Below are positions 9,109-17,817 of a DNA stretch of 48,562 nt, one piece after another. Position 1 is the stretch's first letter, and every line of letters begins with the position of its first letter. The notes beneath the pieces were generated by a model. That model did no database searches and was not told where the DNA came from. It saw nothing but the letters and a program-made list of their open reading frames with translations. Source of the stretch: Lysobacterales bacterium (GTDB taxonomy: Bacteria > Pseudomonadota > Gammaproteobacteria > Xanthomonadales > SZUA-36). The stretch covers positions 1 through 48,562 of the forward strand of contig JARFQZ010000110.1 of the NCBI GenBank assembly GCA_029287515.1, in the 5' to 3' direction. The translations under genes and the position numbers were made by a program.

Positions 9109-10329
9109 TCAGCTGACGAGCAATTGACCAAGGCGGCCGGTGAGGATGGCGAGATAGTTTCCGAGCGCATATCCGATCATCGCCATCAGGATGGAGGCCG
9201 GCACCAGCGACTCGCGGTGATGTGCGGCGACGATCGGCGCCGAAGCGGCGCCACCGATATTGGCTGCCGATGCAATGGCCAGCGTGTGCACGTCCACGCG
9301 GAACAGCCAGGCGCCGGCCAGGATGAAAATACCGTGGATCGAGATCCACACGTAGGCCATCAGGACGAAGGCACCCATGGTTTCGAGACTGGCGTTGCTG
9401 AGGTCCATGGTCGCGCCGATCCGGGCCACGTAAACATAAATGATGGCCATGGCAATGGGGTGGGCGGCCGGCAGGTTTCTGGCCGGGGTTGCGGATGCGA
9501 CAAGCGCCAGAGTCGTCACCAGCAGGATCAGCCAGGTGCTGGCGCTGATCACTGTTGCACCGCCAACCACCACGGGCGGCAGGACATGCGACAGCTCCAG
9601 GGAGATCCAGGTGAAACTCAGCGCGATCAGCGCCAGGTAGAGCAGCTGGATCATTTTTGGTGCTTGCTCGGAATTCTGATGCGCTGCCGCAGCCTGGTCC
9701 ATCAGCTCCAGGCGGTTGGCCGGCACGCGCATCCAGCGGTTGAACTTATCGGCAAATGCGCGGGAGCCCAGCAGCAGGGGCAGCCATATCAGGTAGACCA
9801 TCTGGTCGGCTGCTGCCGCCATGGTCATGTGCTCACCGGTTCCATCCAGGGCGGCGTGTGCGGCCGTCATGTTGCCGGTGCCGCCAATCCAGCTTCCTGA
9901 GAGCGTCCCGAAGGCTTTCCAGCTGTCTTCGGGCAAGGGAAACTTCAATGCAAAACCATCCGGCGTAACGATGGCCTGGCCGAGGGCATAGGCCAGGAAG
10001 CCACCCAGCACCACCCCCACTGTGCCGATCAGCATAACGAAAACGCCCTTGCCCATGATGCGAACGGCCCCGAGCACGTCCACCTTGATCAGCATCAGGC
10101 AGATGAATATAGGCAGCCCGTACTGCCTGAGAAAGTCGTAAGCGGCGTTTTCATAGGGGATCAGGCCAGTATTGGAAAGAACCACGGGCGTGGCGTAGAT
10201 GAAAATCAATGGCGGCAGATAGTCAAAAATCCTCCATCCGCTTTTCTTTTCAAGCCAGAACCAGAAGCTGACTACAGCGACCAAAACGGCCATGACGCCA
10301 ACTGGCGAGTCAATCAGTGTGCTATTCAT
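9109..10329 (-). CDS. Polytopic inner-membrane protein, DUF819-like
   Basis: 406 aa, with about 10-12 hydrophobic segments. The N-terminal pattern (LPPLIFIYATPVVLSNTGLIP...GLPIFICLMLIKVDVLGAVRIMGKGVFVMLIGTVGVVLGG) matches my recollection of DUF819 proteins. The ATG overlaps the btuF stop (ATGA). Confidence 0.6.
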   Translation of the reverse strand: MNSTLIDSPVGVMAVLVAVVSFWFWLEKKSGWRIFDYLPPLIFIYATPVVLSNTGLIPYENAAYDFLRQYGLPIFICLMLIKVDVLGAVRIMGKGVFVMLIGTVGVVLGGFLAYALGQAIVTPDGFALKFPLPEDSWKAFGTLSGSWIGGTGNMTAAHAALDGTGEHMTMAAAADQMVYLIWLPLLLGSRAFADKFNRWMRVPANRLELMDQAAAAHQNSEQAPKMIQLLYLALIALSFTWISLELSHVLPPVVVGGATVISASTWLILLVTTLALVASATPARNLPAAHPIAMAIIYVYVARIGATMDLSNASLETMGAFVLMAYVWISIHGIFILAGAWLFRVDVHTLAIASAANIGGAASAPIVAAHHRESLVPASILMAMIGYALGNYLAILTGRLGQLLVS

Positions 10330-11210
10330 TCGGTCTCTCGTCCCCGTAACTGGTGCAACAGCTTACAGGCCAACTCCAGCGAGTCCAAGAACCGCGGAGT
10401 GGCCCGGCTAACCGGATCAGCAGGCAACAGGAAAAGCGCCTGTTGCCTGACCGCTTTCATTGAGGGCCATTCCTGCCAGGTATCCAGCGGCTTGGGCGAG
10501 TCTTCCTGCCAGGGAGCGAACAGGGCGTCCGGGTCCGCAACAATCACGGACTCGTAGCTGACCTGGAATGCCAGGCCAGGCTCCTGGCTGAAAATGTTCC
10601 GGCCACCGCAACGGTCCAGGCCCTGGCTGATCAGGTGGTTTCCATTGATCGTAAACAGCGGCCTGGACCCGATCTGGTAGAAATACCGCAGAGTTTCCAC
10701 GCCGTCATACTGATGGGACAGGGCGGTCAGCCGCCGGCGAATCTCCATGCTCGCCGAGCGGGCCGGTTCCGCTTGTCCGATCAAATGTCCCAGCGACTCA
10801 AGGACATCCGCTATTTCCTCCGGCTCATCGATTTCAACGGACCATACCGGCACGCCAAGTGAGCGTAACTGCTCAACGGCGGCCTGCGGATTCCCGGAAC
10901 CCCAGGCGATGACCAGGTCGGGGCGCAGCGTGATGATTCGTTCGACATCGATGCGGAACGCGTCACCGATGCGGGGAACCTCTATTGCGGCTTCCGGGTA
11001 ATTGCTGTATTCGACCGTTGCGACCAGCCGGTCACCCGCGCCCGCTGCATAGACTATTTCAGTCAAATGGGGGGAAAGCGTGATGATGCGGGTCGCGGTG
11101 CCTTCGAAATGAAACACCGATCCGTCGGCCTGCAGCAAGGGATCCTCATCCGCCGCCATAGAGGTGGCCGAAGCCATCCAGGCCAGGATGCAAATGCAGA
11201 GCTGACGCAA
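10326..11210 (-). CDS. btuF: Periplasmic vitamin B12-binding protein BtuF (class III substrate-binding protein)
   Basis: The blocks RIITLSPHLTEIVYAAG, YSNYPEAA, ERIITLRPDLVIAW and SRATPRFLDSLELACKLLHQL parallel E. coli BtuF. The long ORF (to 11387) overlaps ampE. A TTG at 11210 gives a proper leader, MRQLCICILAWMASATSMA/AD. The start is provisional. Confidence 0.75.
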   Translation of the reverse strand: MRQLCICILAWMASATSMAADEDPLLQADGSVFHFEGTATRIITLSPHLTEIVYAAGAGDRLVATVEYSNYPEAAIEVPRIGDAFRIDVERIITLRPDLVIAWGSGNPQAAVEQLRSLGVPVWSVEIDEPEEIADVLESLGHLIGQAEPARSASMEIRRRLTALSHQYDGVETLRYFYQIGSRPLFTINGNHLISQGLDRCGGRNIFSQEPGLAFQVSYESVIVADPDALFAPWQEDSPKPLDTWQEWPSMKAVRQQALFLLPADPVSRATPRFLDSLELACKLLHQLRGRETE

Positions 11211-11227
11211 TTTTGCAGCTTGCAGAG

Positions 11228-12109
11228 TCAGACGATTACGCCAATAAGCAGCAACAAAGCCAGCACGGTCAGCCAGACACCAAGAATTCGCCAGGTGAGA
11301 TCCATTGCCTGTTGCAGGCAGATCATGGGCCCTTCGATCTGGTCGGCGTAACCGTCCTGGGCCGCATGGCCGGTCAGTACGATGCACCGCGCGCTCGCCA
11401 GCAGGAAACCGTTGTCTCCCTCGAACAATCCGTGGCCCTGTTCATCGTGATATTGCTTCCACGCGGAAAAAACCGAATCGAAGTCCGTGGCGATGGCCAG
11501 CGACAGCGTCATGAGTTGGGCCGCAGGCCAGTCCATGATCTGTTGCAGGCGCTTGAACAAGCCAATTTGCTCGTCGCTCAGGTTGTGGTTCTCATGCACC
11601 AGCCAGTCAACAATCCGGTATAGGAAAGCGCCGACGATACCCAGCACCGCAAACCAGAATATGATGCCAAACCAGCGGCGCAGGGCTGCCCGGAAAACAG
11701 ATTCCACGGCTGCGCCCCGGGTTTCGTCTGCATCCTCGGGTACGGGTTGGCGAATCAGTTTCTCGAGCGAGGAAATTCGATCCGCGTCGGTGTCCGCTTC
11801 GACGATTTCGGCAACATCGGTATCCAGGTCTTTCGGCCCGAAGCTGTATATCAATACCACCAGGGCAAGCAGAAAGGCACCCGTTGACCCCAGCGCCGAT
11901 ACCAGCACCTGGTTGATCAACAACAGCACCAACAGCGGGACGGCGGTAATGACGAGGAAACCCAGCGCATCCTGCCACAATGGCAACCTTCCGAACGCAT
12001 CGTTGCTGAAATCCACCCAGGTGGTCAGCCATTGCCTTTTGCGAAAACGCCCGAGTTCGCGAATGAAGTGACAAAGCCCGAAAGCTAACAAGATCTCAAT
12101 GATAGTCAT
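11228..12109 (-). CDS. ampE: AmpE-like integral membrane protein
   Basis: 293 aa with about 4-6 TM segments. Size and N-terminal pattern (MTIIEILLAFGLCHFIRELGRFRKRQW) resemble AmpE. No ampD is adjacent. The family call is recognition-based. Confidence 0.5.
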   Translation of the reverse strand: MTIIEILLAFGLCHFIRELGRFRKRQWLTTWVDFSNDAFGRLPLWQDALGFLVITAVPLLVLLLINQVLVSALGSTGAFLLALVVLIYSFGPKDLDTDVAEIVEADTDADRISSLEKLIRQPVPEDADETRGAAVESVFRAALRRWFGIIFWFAVLGIVGAFLYRIVDWLVHENHNLSDEQIGLFKRLQQIMDWPAAQLMTLSLAIATDFDSVFSAWKQYHDEQGHGLFEGDNGFLLASARCIVLTGHAAQDGYADQIEGPMICLQQAMDLTWRILGVWLTVLALLLLIGVIV

Positions 12110-12113
12110 TGCG

Positions 12114-13124
12114 CTATTTTATTCCTTTGCGGCTCACCCAGCTACCTGCATGGCGAATCCGCTCACCGAGGTCTTCGCCGCACTGCTGCCGGTACCAGTC
12201 GGCGATGAGTCGAAAGGCGATTGAAACCGGGGGCGGCAGACGCACATTGTCGAGGCTGATCGCCGCGTCGAGGTCTTCCACGGTAAACCAGCGGACTTCT
12301 TCCATTTCCTCGGTCGCGCCGCACTCCCGGCTCACCGATTCCGCGTGAAATCCGCACATTGCCGAAGCAGGGAAGGGCCACGGCTGGGATGAAACATAAC
12401 GAATGTCTTTCAAACTGACCTGCGCTTCCTCATACACTTCCCTGACCAGCGCATCCTCCAGGCTTTCGCCGGGCTCGACGAATCCTGCCAGCGTGGAAAA
12501 GCGTTTTTCGGGCCAGGTTGTATTACGCCCCAGCAGGCAGGCGTTTTCGTGTGTAACCAGGACGATGATTGCGGGGTCAATTCTCGGGAAGGACTCCCGG
12601 CCGCATTCTTCATTGCTACAGACGAGTTTATGCCCGGAGGATTCCAGGCGGTTGACGTGGCCACAGATGCCGCAGAAAGCGTGACGGTACTGCCAGTAGT
12701 GCAGGGCCTTCGCATAAGCGAGCACCCCGGCATGCTTTGCGTCCATGTCCATCGATGCCAGGCGCAGGTCCAGGAAACCGGCTTCCGGCCGGGCTTTCAG
12801 GATGTCTTCCTGTTGACTGTCATTGATGGAAAGCGCAAAAAAATACCGCTTACCGTCCGTGCCGAGCAGGGTTGGTGGCTGAACGGTATCCGGCCGGTCT
12901 ATTTCACCCGGTTTCAGATAAACTGCCACCTGGCCATCCGTACCGTCGGCCAGGAGGTTCCGGTTTCGCCATAGGGGAACAAAGCGCGCAGCATCGGAAA
13001 GGAGTGCTTTCTCAACCCATTCCGGGTCGTCACGGTACTCGGCCAGCCGGTCAAGCCGTACAGAAGCAAATACGTTACGTCTTGAGCGGGTAATCCGGTC
13101 AATACTCAGGTCAGGCCGGGACAC
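12114..13124 (-). CDS. nudC: NAD-capped RNA hydrolase / NADH pyrophosphatase NudC
   Basis: The zinc ribbon is CGICGH...CSNEECG and is followed by the Nudix box GFVEPGESLEDALVREVYEEAQV. Length and domain order are typical of NudC. Confidence 0.85.
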   Translation of the reverse strand: MSRPDLSIDRITRSRRNVFASVRLDRLAEYRDDPEWVEKALLSDAARFVPLWRNRNLLADGTDGQVAVYLKPGEIDRPDTVQPPTLLGTDGKRYFFALSINDSQQEDILKARPEAGFLDLRLASMDMDAKHAGVLAYAKALHYWQYRHAFCGICGHVNRLESSGHKLVCSNEECGRESFPRIDPAIIVLVTHENACLLGRNTTWPEKRFSTLAGFVEPGESLEDALVREVYEEAQVSLKDIRYVSSQPWPFPASAMCGFHAESVSRECGATEEMEEVRWFTVEDLDAAISLDNVRLPPPVSIAFRLIADWYRQQCGEDLGERIRHAGSWVSRKGIK

Positions 13125-13127
13125 CTC

Positions 13128-13499
13128 TCAGACAGAGAAGGAAGATCCGCAGCCGCACGTGGTGCTCGCGTTCGGATTCCGGATGACGAACTGGGCACCC
13201 TGCAAGCTCTCGGAATAGTCGACTTCAGCCCCCATCAGGTACTGGAAGCTCAGCGGATCGACCAGCAGGGTTACACCGTCATTTTCAACCGCGATATCGT
13301 CTTCAGCCTGTTCTTCGTCAAACGAGAATCCGTACTGGAAGCCAGAACAGCCGCCGCCCGAAATATAGACGCGCAGTTTCAGCTCCGGATTACGTTCTTC
13401 CAGTATCAATTCCTGGACTTTACGGGCGGCCGCGTCCGTAAACACAATGCCGGGCATTGCGTTGTCGGTGGTGCTCGGAATGTCGATCAAAGTATCCAT
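13128..13499 (-). CDS. erpA: Iron-sulfur cluster insertion protein ErpA
   Basis: [23 protein letters not shown]...[16 protein letters not shown] is near-identical in pattern to E. coli and Pseudomonas ErpA. The Met20 start (13499) avoids overlapping the upstream gene. Confidence 0.9.
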   Translation of the reverse strand: MDTLIDIPSTTDNAMPGIVFTDAAARKVQELILEERNPELKLRVYISGGGCSGFQYGFSFDEEQAEDDIAVENDGVTLLVDPLSFQYLMGAEVDYSESLQGAQFVIRNPNASTTCGCGSSFSV

Positions 13500-13531
13500 A
13501 CCACCCACTATGGTGTTAGTTCGCTCTGAAA

Positions 13532-14236
13532 TCAATCGCCCAGCAGGTTTGCCCACTCAAAAGTCCGCACCACCGGCTTACGCTGATTTTTTGATTCCAG
13601 TGTCAGGGAGATGCGCAGCGGGTCGAAACCGTCCGGCAGCACCAGGTAACCCTCGAGTTGCTGGAAATACTTGAACCGAAAGGCGGGCTCCGGCGTTTCT
13701 CCGTCACTGATCTGCGCCCAGCGGAGGTTTACCGGGCGGTTATCCAGTGTCCCTTCCATATCGATTCGCACCCGTCCGCTGATCATTGATGCGCGCTGAA
13801 TGTTCTGAGTCAGTGTAAGAATGAACTGAAACACCTGTCGCGACTCGGTTGGCGCGATTTCCGCCCGGTAGACGTCCAGCCCGGACTGGGCTCCGCCGGA
13901 ACCGGCCAGCCGCCGGTAAAAATCGAGCTCCGACTGCAAGCGGCCCAGTTCCGCCTGGCGCTTGCTTTCGGTTTCTCTCAGGATACGATTGGCCTGGCGC
14001 AACACATCGGCCTCTCTTTCCACGACCACCTGCCGGGCCTGTAACCGGGCAAGCCGCTGTTTGATGGTTACCAGTTCGCCGGCGACGAAATCCAGATCCC
14101 GTTGCAGCTCTTCGGTTTCCGGGGCCACCCTGCTTGTTGAAAGTTGCCAGACGACAAACAGCAAAACCGCTGAAACAACCAGGGTAAGCAGCATCGCTTC
14201 GGGAAATCCACGAATTTTCTTGAAGGTCCTTCGCAT
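13532..14236 (-). CDS. Hypothetical membrane-anchored coiled-coil protein
   Basis: 234 aa with one N-terminal TM segment ([18 protein letters not shown]). A heptad-like helical region ([67 protein letters not shown]) is followed by a beta-rich C-terminus. The start is uncertain: neither 14236 nor 14194 has a clear SD. Confidence 0.5.
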   Translation of the reverse strand: MRRTFKKIRGFPEAMLLTLVVSAVLLFVVWQLSTSRVAPETEELQRDLDFVAGELVTIKQRLARLQARQVVVEREADVLRQANRILRETESKRQAELGRLQSELDFYRRLAGSGGAQSGLDVYRAEIAPTESRQVFQFILTLTQNIQRASMISGRVRIDMEGTLDNRPVNLRWAQISDGETPEPAFRFKYFQQLEGYLVLPDGFDPLRISLTLESKNQRKPVVRTFEWANLLGD

Positions 14237-14240
14237 ATGA

Positions 14241-14263
14241 CAAAAAAGCGGCCGAAGCCGCTT
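14241..14263 (-). terminator. Rho-independent terminator-like hairpin downstream of cysQ
   Basis: The minus strand reads AGCGGC-TTCG-GCCGCT followed by TTTTTTG. The stem arms are 14247-14252 and 14257-14262, and the U-run is 14241-14247. It lies about 100 nt after the cysQ stop. Confidence 0.55.
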
Positions 14264-14363
14264 ATTCCCTGCACGTTCTGATTATTTTTCGAATATTTTT
14301 ATTGTCGTTATCTGGCAAGACCCCAGAACTGCACAAGTTTATACATTGCCGGAGGGGATCACG

Positions 14364-15191
14364 TCAAGAATTAGTCACAAATTTGTAACTTTCGAATACT
14401 TCGAGCCAGTCCCTGCCGTCATCCGCGATCACGAGGAATTCGGGATTCAGCAGTGACTTTTTCGTATTGTAACGCAGGGGTTTTCCTTCCAGTGTCACGA
14501 TTTTGCCGCCGGCAGCCATCACCACCGCATGGGCGGCACCGGTGTCCCATTCCGAAGTTGGCCCAAGGCGCGGATAGAAATCTGCTTTGCCTTCCGCCAC
14601 CAGGCAAAACTTGAGTGAACTGCCCATGCTGACCAGTTCGTAAGGGCCCAGCTTCGCCAGGTACTCGAGCAACCGCGGATTGGCGTGCGACCGGCTGCCC
14701 ACGACAACCACCGGGTCAGCGCAGGGCGTGCGGACACTGATGTGTTCCATGCGGCCGTCTGCGTCATGCTTACTGGCCCACTTGCCCACCAGGCCGGTGT
14801 AGGTCACGCCTGTTACCGGCACATGGACAACGCCCAATATCGGCTCGTGAGACCGGACCAGGGCTATGTTGACGGTGAACTCGCCATTGCGGTTGATAAA
14901 TTCCTTCGTGCCATCGAGCGGGTCGACCAGCCAGTATTGGGACCAGTCCGCCCGCGTGTCGTAATCCAGGTCGGAAGATTCTTCCGACAGCACGGGAATG
15001 TCCGGGGTCAGGTGGGCCAGGGCGTCGCAGATGATCCGGTGGCTGGCCAGGTCCGCCTGGGTCAGAGGCGACGCATCGTCCTTATGGGAAACTTCGAAGT
15101 CTTTGCCGTAAACATCGAGTATCGCCTTACCCGCGTCCACCGCTATTTCCGCTATGGCTTCGGCAAAAACGCCAAGGTCACTCTCCGTCAT
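14364..15191 (-). CDS. cysQ: 3'(2'),5'-bisphosphate nucleotidase CysQ
   Basis: The IMPase-fold motifs are EESS, WLVDPLDGTKEF and WDTGAAHAV. The overall pattern and 275-aa length match CysQ. Confidence 0.85.
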   Translation of the reverse strand: MTESDLGVFAEAIAEIAVDAGKAILDVYGKDFEVSHKDDASPLTQADLASHRIICDALAHLTPDIPVLSEESSDLDYDTRADWSQYWLVDPLDGTKEFINRNGEFTVNIALVRSHEPILGVVHVPVTGVTYTGLVGKWASKHDADGRMEHISVRTPCADPVVVVGSRSHANPRLLEYLAKLGPYELVSMGSSLKFCLVAEGKADFYPRLGPTSEWDTGAAHAVVMAAGGKIVTLEGKPLRYNTKKSLLNPEFLVIADDGRDWLEVFESYKFVTNS

Positions 15192-15747
15192 GTCTGTGCT
15201 CCCTCCTCAGGTGATCCCTCGCGATATACAGGGCTGCGATGGTGCGCCCTTCGGTACAGTCCGGCCTGGCGATCAGGGAGTGCAGGTCGTCTATTGGCCA
15301 GGGCACGACCTCCAATTCCTCCGGTTCATCGCCTTCGAGTTTCTCAGGGTAAAGGTTACGCGCCAGGACGATGTGCGTGATGTGAGTCATGTAGCCGGGA
15401 GCCAGGCTCAGCTGCGTGAGTTCCTGCAGGCTTCGGGCTCCGTAACCGATTTCTTCTTTCATTTCGCGCTGGGCGGCATCGATTATGGATTCGTCTTTTT
15501 CAAGGCGCCCTTTGGGCAGGCCAACCTCGTAGTGATGCAATCCGGCGGCGTACTCGCGCGCCAGCAAAACGGTGTCCTCATCCAGCATGGGTACGATGAT
15601 CACGGCACCCAATCCATGTGTCTTCATCCGGTAGTAATCTCGGCGCTGGCCGTTGGAAAACTCCAGGTCCAGCCGCTCCACCCGGTACATTCTTTTGTCC
15701 GTGCAATCCTGGCGGGCGTGAATACGAGGCAGTTTCTTGTCAGTCAT
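15178..15747 (-). CDS. nudE: ADP compounds hydrolase NudE (Nudix)
   Basis: RVERLDLEFSNGQRRDYYRM and the Nudix box GLPKGRLEKDESIIDAAQREMKEEIGY match NudE. LEGDEPEELEVVPWP parallels E. coli NudE. The gene overlaps cysQ by 14 nt. Confidence 0.85.
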   Translation of the reverse strand: MTDKKLPRIHARQDCTDKRMYRVERLDLEFSNGQRRDYYRMKTHGLGAVIIVPMLDEDTVLLAREYAAGLHHYEVGLPKGRLEKDESIIDAAQREMKEEIGYGARSLQELTQLSLAPGYMTHITHIVLARNLYPEKLEGDEPEELEVVPWPIDDLHSLIARPDCTEGRTIAALYIARDHLRREHRHDGE

Positions 15748-16507
15748 CGTTGAGAATGCTCAGCAGTCGGGCGTGCAGCGCTGGATTCGCGGCCAGTACG
15801 GAAGTTGTTTCCAGGCCGGGGGGGTTGCCCTGTAAATCGGTAAATACCCCGCCCGCCTGTTTGATGATGACACTGAGAGCGGCAATGTCGAGGATGTTCA
15901 CATCCGATTCGATCACGGCGTCCAATTGCCCCGCGGCAAGGCGGTGGTAGTGGTAGTAGTCGCCGTAACCTCTGGTGCGATTGGCTTCGGCGAAAATTCG
16001 CCCCAATCGGCTCCACTTGGGGGAACCGGCCAGGGTCTGCAGGTTTCCGGTTGAGATGGAGGCGTCCGGCACCTCGGAGATTGTGCTGACGTGCACGGGG
16101 GCACTGTCCAGCATGGCCCCGGAATCGTGAGTGGCCCAGGCCATTTCAGCAGCGGCAGGCGCCGAAGAAACCCCCAGCACCAGCCGGCCCTGGTGCATCA
16201 ATGCAATCTGCGTTGAGAACATGCCGTAACCTCCGACAAAGCTCTTGGTCCCGTCTATCGGATCCACCAGCCACAGGTATTCGGCGTCTTCGTGTTCCTT
16301 GCCGCCCTCTTCGCCAAAGAATCCGTGGTCCGGAAACTCGCCCAGCAGGATATTACGGATGATTTCTTCCGCTTTCCGGTCGGCAACGGTCACGGGCGTC
16401 TGGTCAGCTTTCAATTCGACCTCGAAATCGCCACGGTAATACCGCAGAATCTCGTCTGCTGCCGCACGGGCGGCGGCCAGTGCCGATTTCAGGTAGGTGT
16501 GCATCAT
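15740..16507 (-). CDS. Inositol monophosphatase-family phosphatase (substrate unknown)
   Basis: The motifs FFGEEGG, WLVDPIDGTKSF and the later block ESDVNILDIAALSVII are present. The ATG pair at 16507/16504 is preferred over the TTG at 16525. The gene overlaps nudE by 8 nt. Confidence 0.8.
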   Translation of the reverse strand: MMHTYLKSALAAARAAADEILRYYRGDFEVELKADQTPVTVADRKAEEIIRNILLGEFPDHGFFGEEGGKEHEDAEYLWLVDPIDGTKSFVGGYGMFSTQIALMHQGRLVLGVSSAPAAAEMAWATHDSGAMLDSAPVHVSTISEVPDASISTGNLQTLAGSPKWSRLGRIFAEANRTRGYGDYYHYHRLAAGQLDAVIESDVNILDIAALSVIIKQAGGVFTDLQGNPPGLETTSVLAANPALHARLLSILNDD

Positions 16508-16545
16508 TTTTTGCAGCTCTGCCAAAGATAGGGAATGATAACAAA

Positions 16546-17274
16546 GTGCGCTTACATCGTGTCTACACTGACCAGGATCTGCAACCGGGCCAGGAAGTGT
16601 CCATCCGGGATCGTTCCGCCCATTACCTGACCCGTGTGCTGAGGATCTCGGCCGGTCAACCTATCTGCCTGTTCAACGGGGACGGGCATGACTATGCCGC
16701 CGAAATTGTTCGCCCGGGAAAATCACGGGTGATCATTGCCGTGAACAGCAGATTGCCCGTTGCGTGTGAGTCGAAACTGCAAATAACGGTGGTCCAGGCC
16801 ATCAGCAGAGGAGAACGCATGGATCAAACGCTGCAGAAGTGCACCGAGTTGGGCGTGCAGGTATTTCAGCCGCTGTTCAGTGAACGGGTTGAAGTGAAGC
16901 TACGGCCTGAAAAGCTGGAAAGGCGGATGAAACACTGGCAGGGGGTTGTGGTCTCCGCTTGTGAGCAGAGTGGCCGCGCATTCGTACCGCGAGTCCTGGA
17001 ACCCGTGGATTTTGGGGATTGGCTCAATCAGCCCGGCCACGGCTGCAGGCTGGTGCTCGTGCCCGGCGCCCGGAGGTCGCTTGCAAGCCTGGAAATTCCC
17101 GGTCCGTTGGAATTGGCCATAGGGCCGGAAGGGGGTTTCAGCGATGTCGAGCTGGAGTTGATGGTTTCACGGTCCGTGCAGCCGGTCAGCCTGGGGCCGA
17201 GGATTCTGAGAACAGAAACTGCCGCGCCCGCGGCGGTTGCCGTGCTGCAGGCCCTGGCAGGTGATTTTGCCTAA
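16546..17274 (+). CDS. rsmE: 16S rRNA (uracil1498-N3)-methyltransferase RsmE
   Basis: VRLHRVY...HYLTRVLRISAGQPICLFNGDG...SRGERMDQTLQKCTELGV...FSERVEVKL...ACEQSGR...IGPEGGFS...GPRILRTETA aligns block for block with E. coli RsmE. The GTG at 16546 matches the homologue's N-terminus. Confidence 0.85.
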   Translation: MRLHRVYTDQDLQPGQEVSIRDRSAHYLTRVLRISAGQPICLFNGDGHDYAAEIVRPGKSRVIIAVNSRLPVACESKLQITVVQAISRGERMDQTLQKCTELGVQVFQPLFSERVEVKLRPEKLERRMKHWQGVVVSACEQSGRAFVPRVLEPVDFGDWLNQPGHGCRLVLVPGARRSLASLEIPGPLELAIGPEGGFSDVELELMVSRSVQPVSLGPRILRTETAAPAAVAVLQALAGDFA

Positions 17275-17816
17275 TCGTCCAGCTGGGTGATGGGCAGTGC
17301 ACCAAAAGTGGCATGGGTTACCAGGTGTGTCAGCCTGTCGAGATCGGGAATGATGGCATCCTGTTCCTCGACGGTGACCCGCCTGAAGGCGCCCAGGGAT
17401 TTTTTCTCGTCACCGGTCTCCTCCAGGTTGGATTCCCTGACGACGACAGGCCGGGGTAAATCTCCAAGCAATAACCCAAGATAGGGCAACCTGGCTGAAT
17501 TGGACAGCGATTTCAGGATCATGATTTTTGAGCCGGAAGAGACCGCCTCCGCGTCCGTGCCGTTAATGAGATCGCTGAAGCTGAATACCGGTACCTGGCG
17601 GCTTTCCCATTCAACCTGGCCCAGCAACCAGCCCGGCGCAGATTCCATCGGCGCCGGTTCGGTGAAATCTATGACTTCGGCCATTGTGCTGGTCGGAAGC
17701 AGCAAAGCTTCAGGGTTGACCGGAATCAGCATGCAGTGAATTTCCCTGCCCTTTCCGGCTTTGCGCAAGACTTTCCTTGCACCCCCTCTTTTCCTTCCTT
17801 TAGTTTGCCTGCTCAT
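17271..17816 (-). CDS. chpC: CheW-like coupling protein of the Pil-Chp system (ChpC-like)
   Basis: 181 aa with a basic N-terminus followed by the CheW-domain pattern (LLLPTSTMAEVIDF...APGWLLGQVEWESRQVPVFSF). The ATG lies 1 nt after the chpA stop (TGAcATG). Confidence 0.75.
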   Translation of the reverse strand: MSRQTKGRKRGGARKVLRKAGKGREIHCMLIPVNPEALLLPTSTMAEVIDFTEPAPMESAPGWLLGQVEWESRQVPVFSFSDLINGTDAEAVSSGSKIMILKSLSNSARLPYLGLLLGDLPRPVVVRESNLEETGDEKKSLGAFRRVTVEEQDAIIPDLDRLTHLVTHATFGALPITQLDD

Positions 17817-17817
17817 G

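Noticed and set aside
10326-11387. The full-length 353-aa version of the btuF ORF, whose N-terminus overlaps ampE by about 160 nt.
   Set aside because: The extra 59 residues are Arg/Pro-rich with no signal-peptide character. An in-frame TTG at 11210 gives a canonical leader and removes the overlap, so the extension is most likely non-coding.
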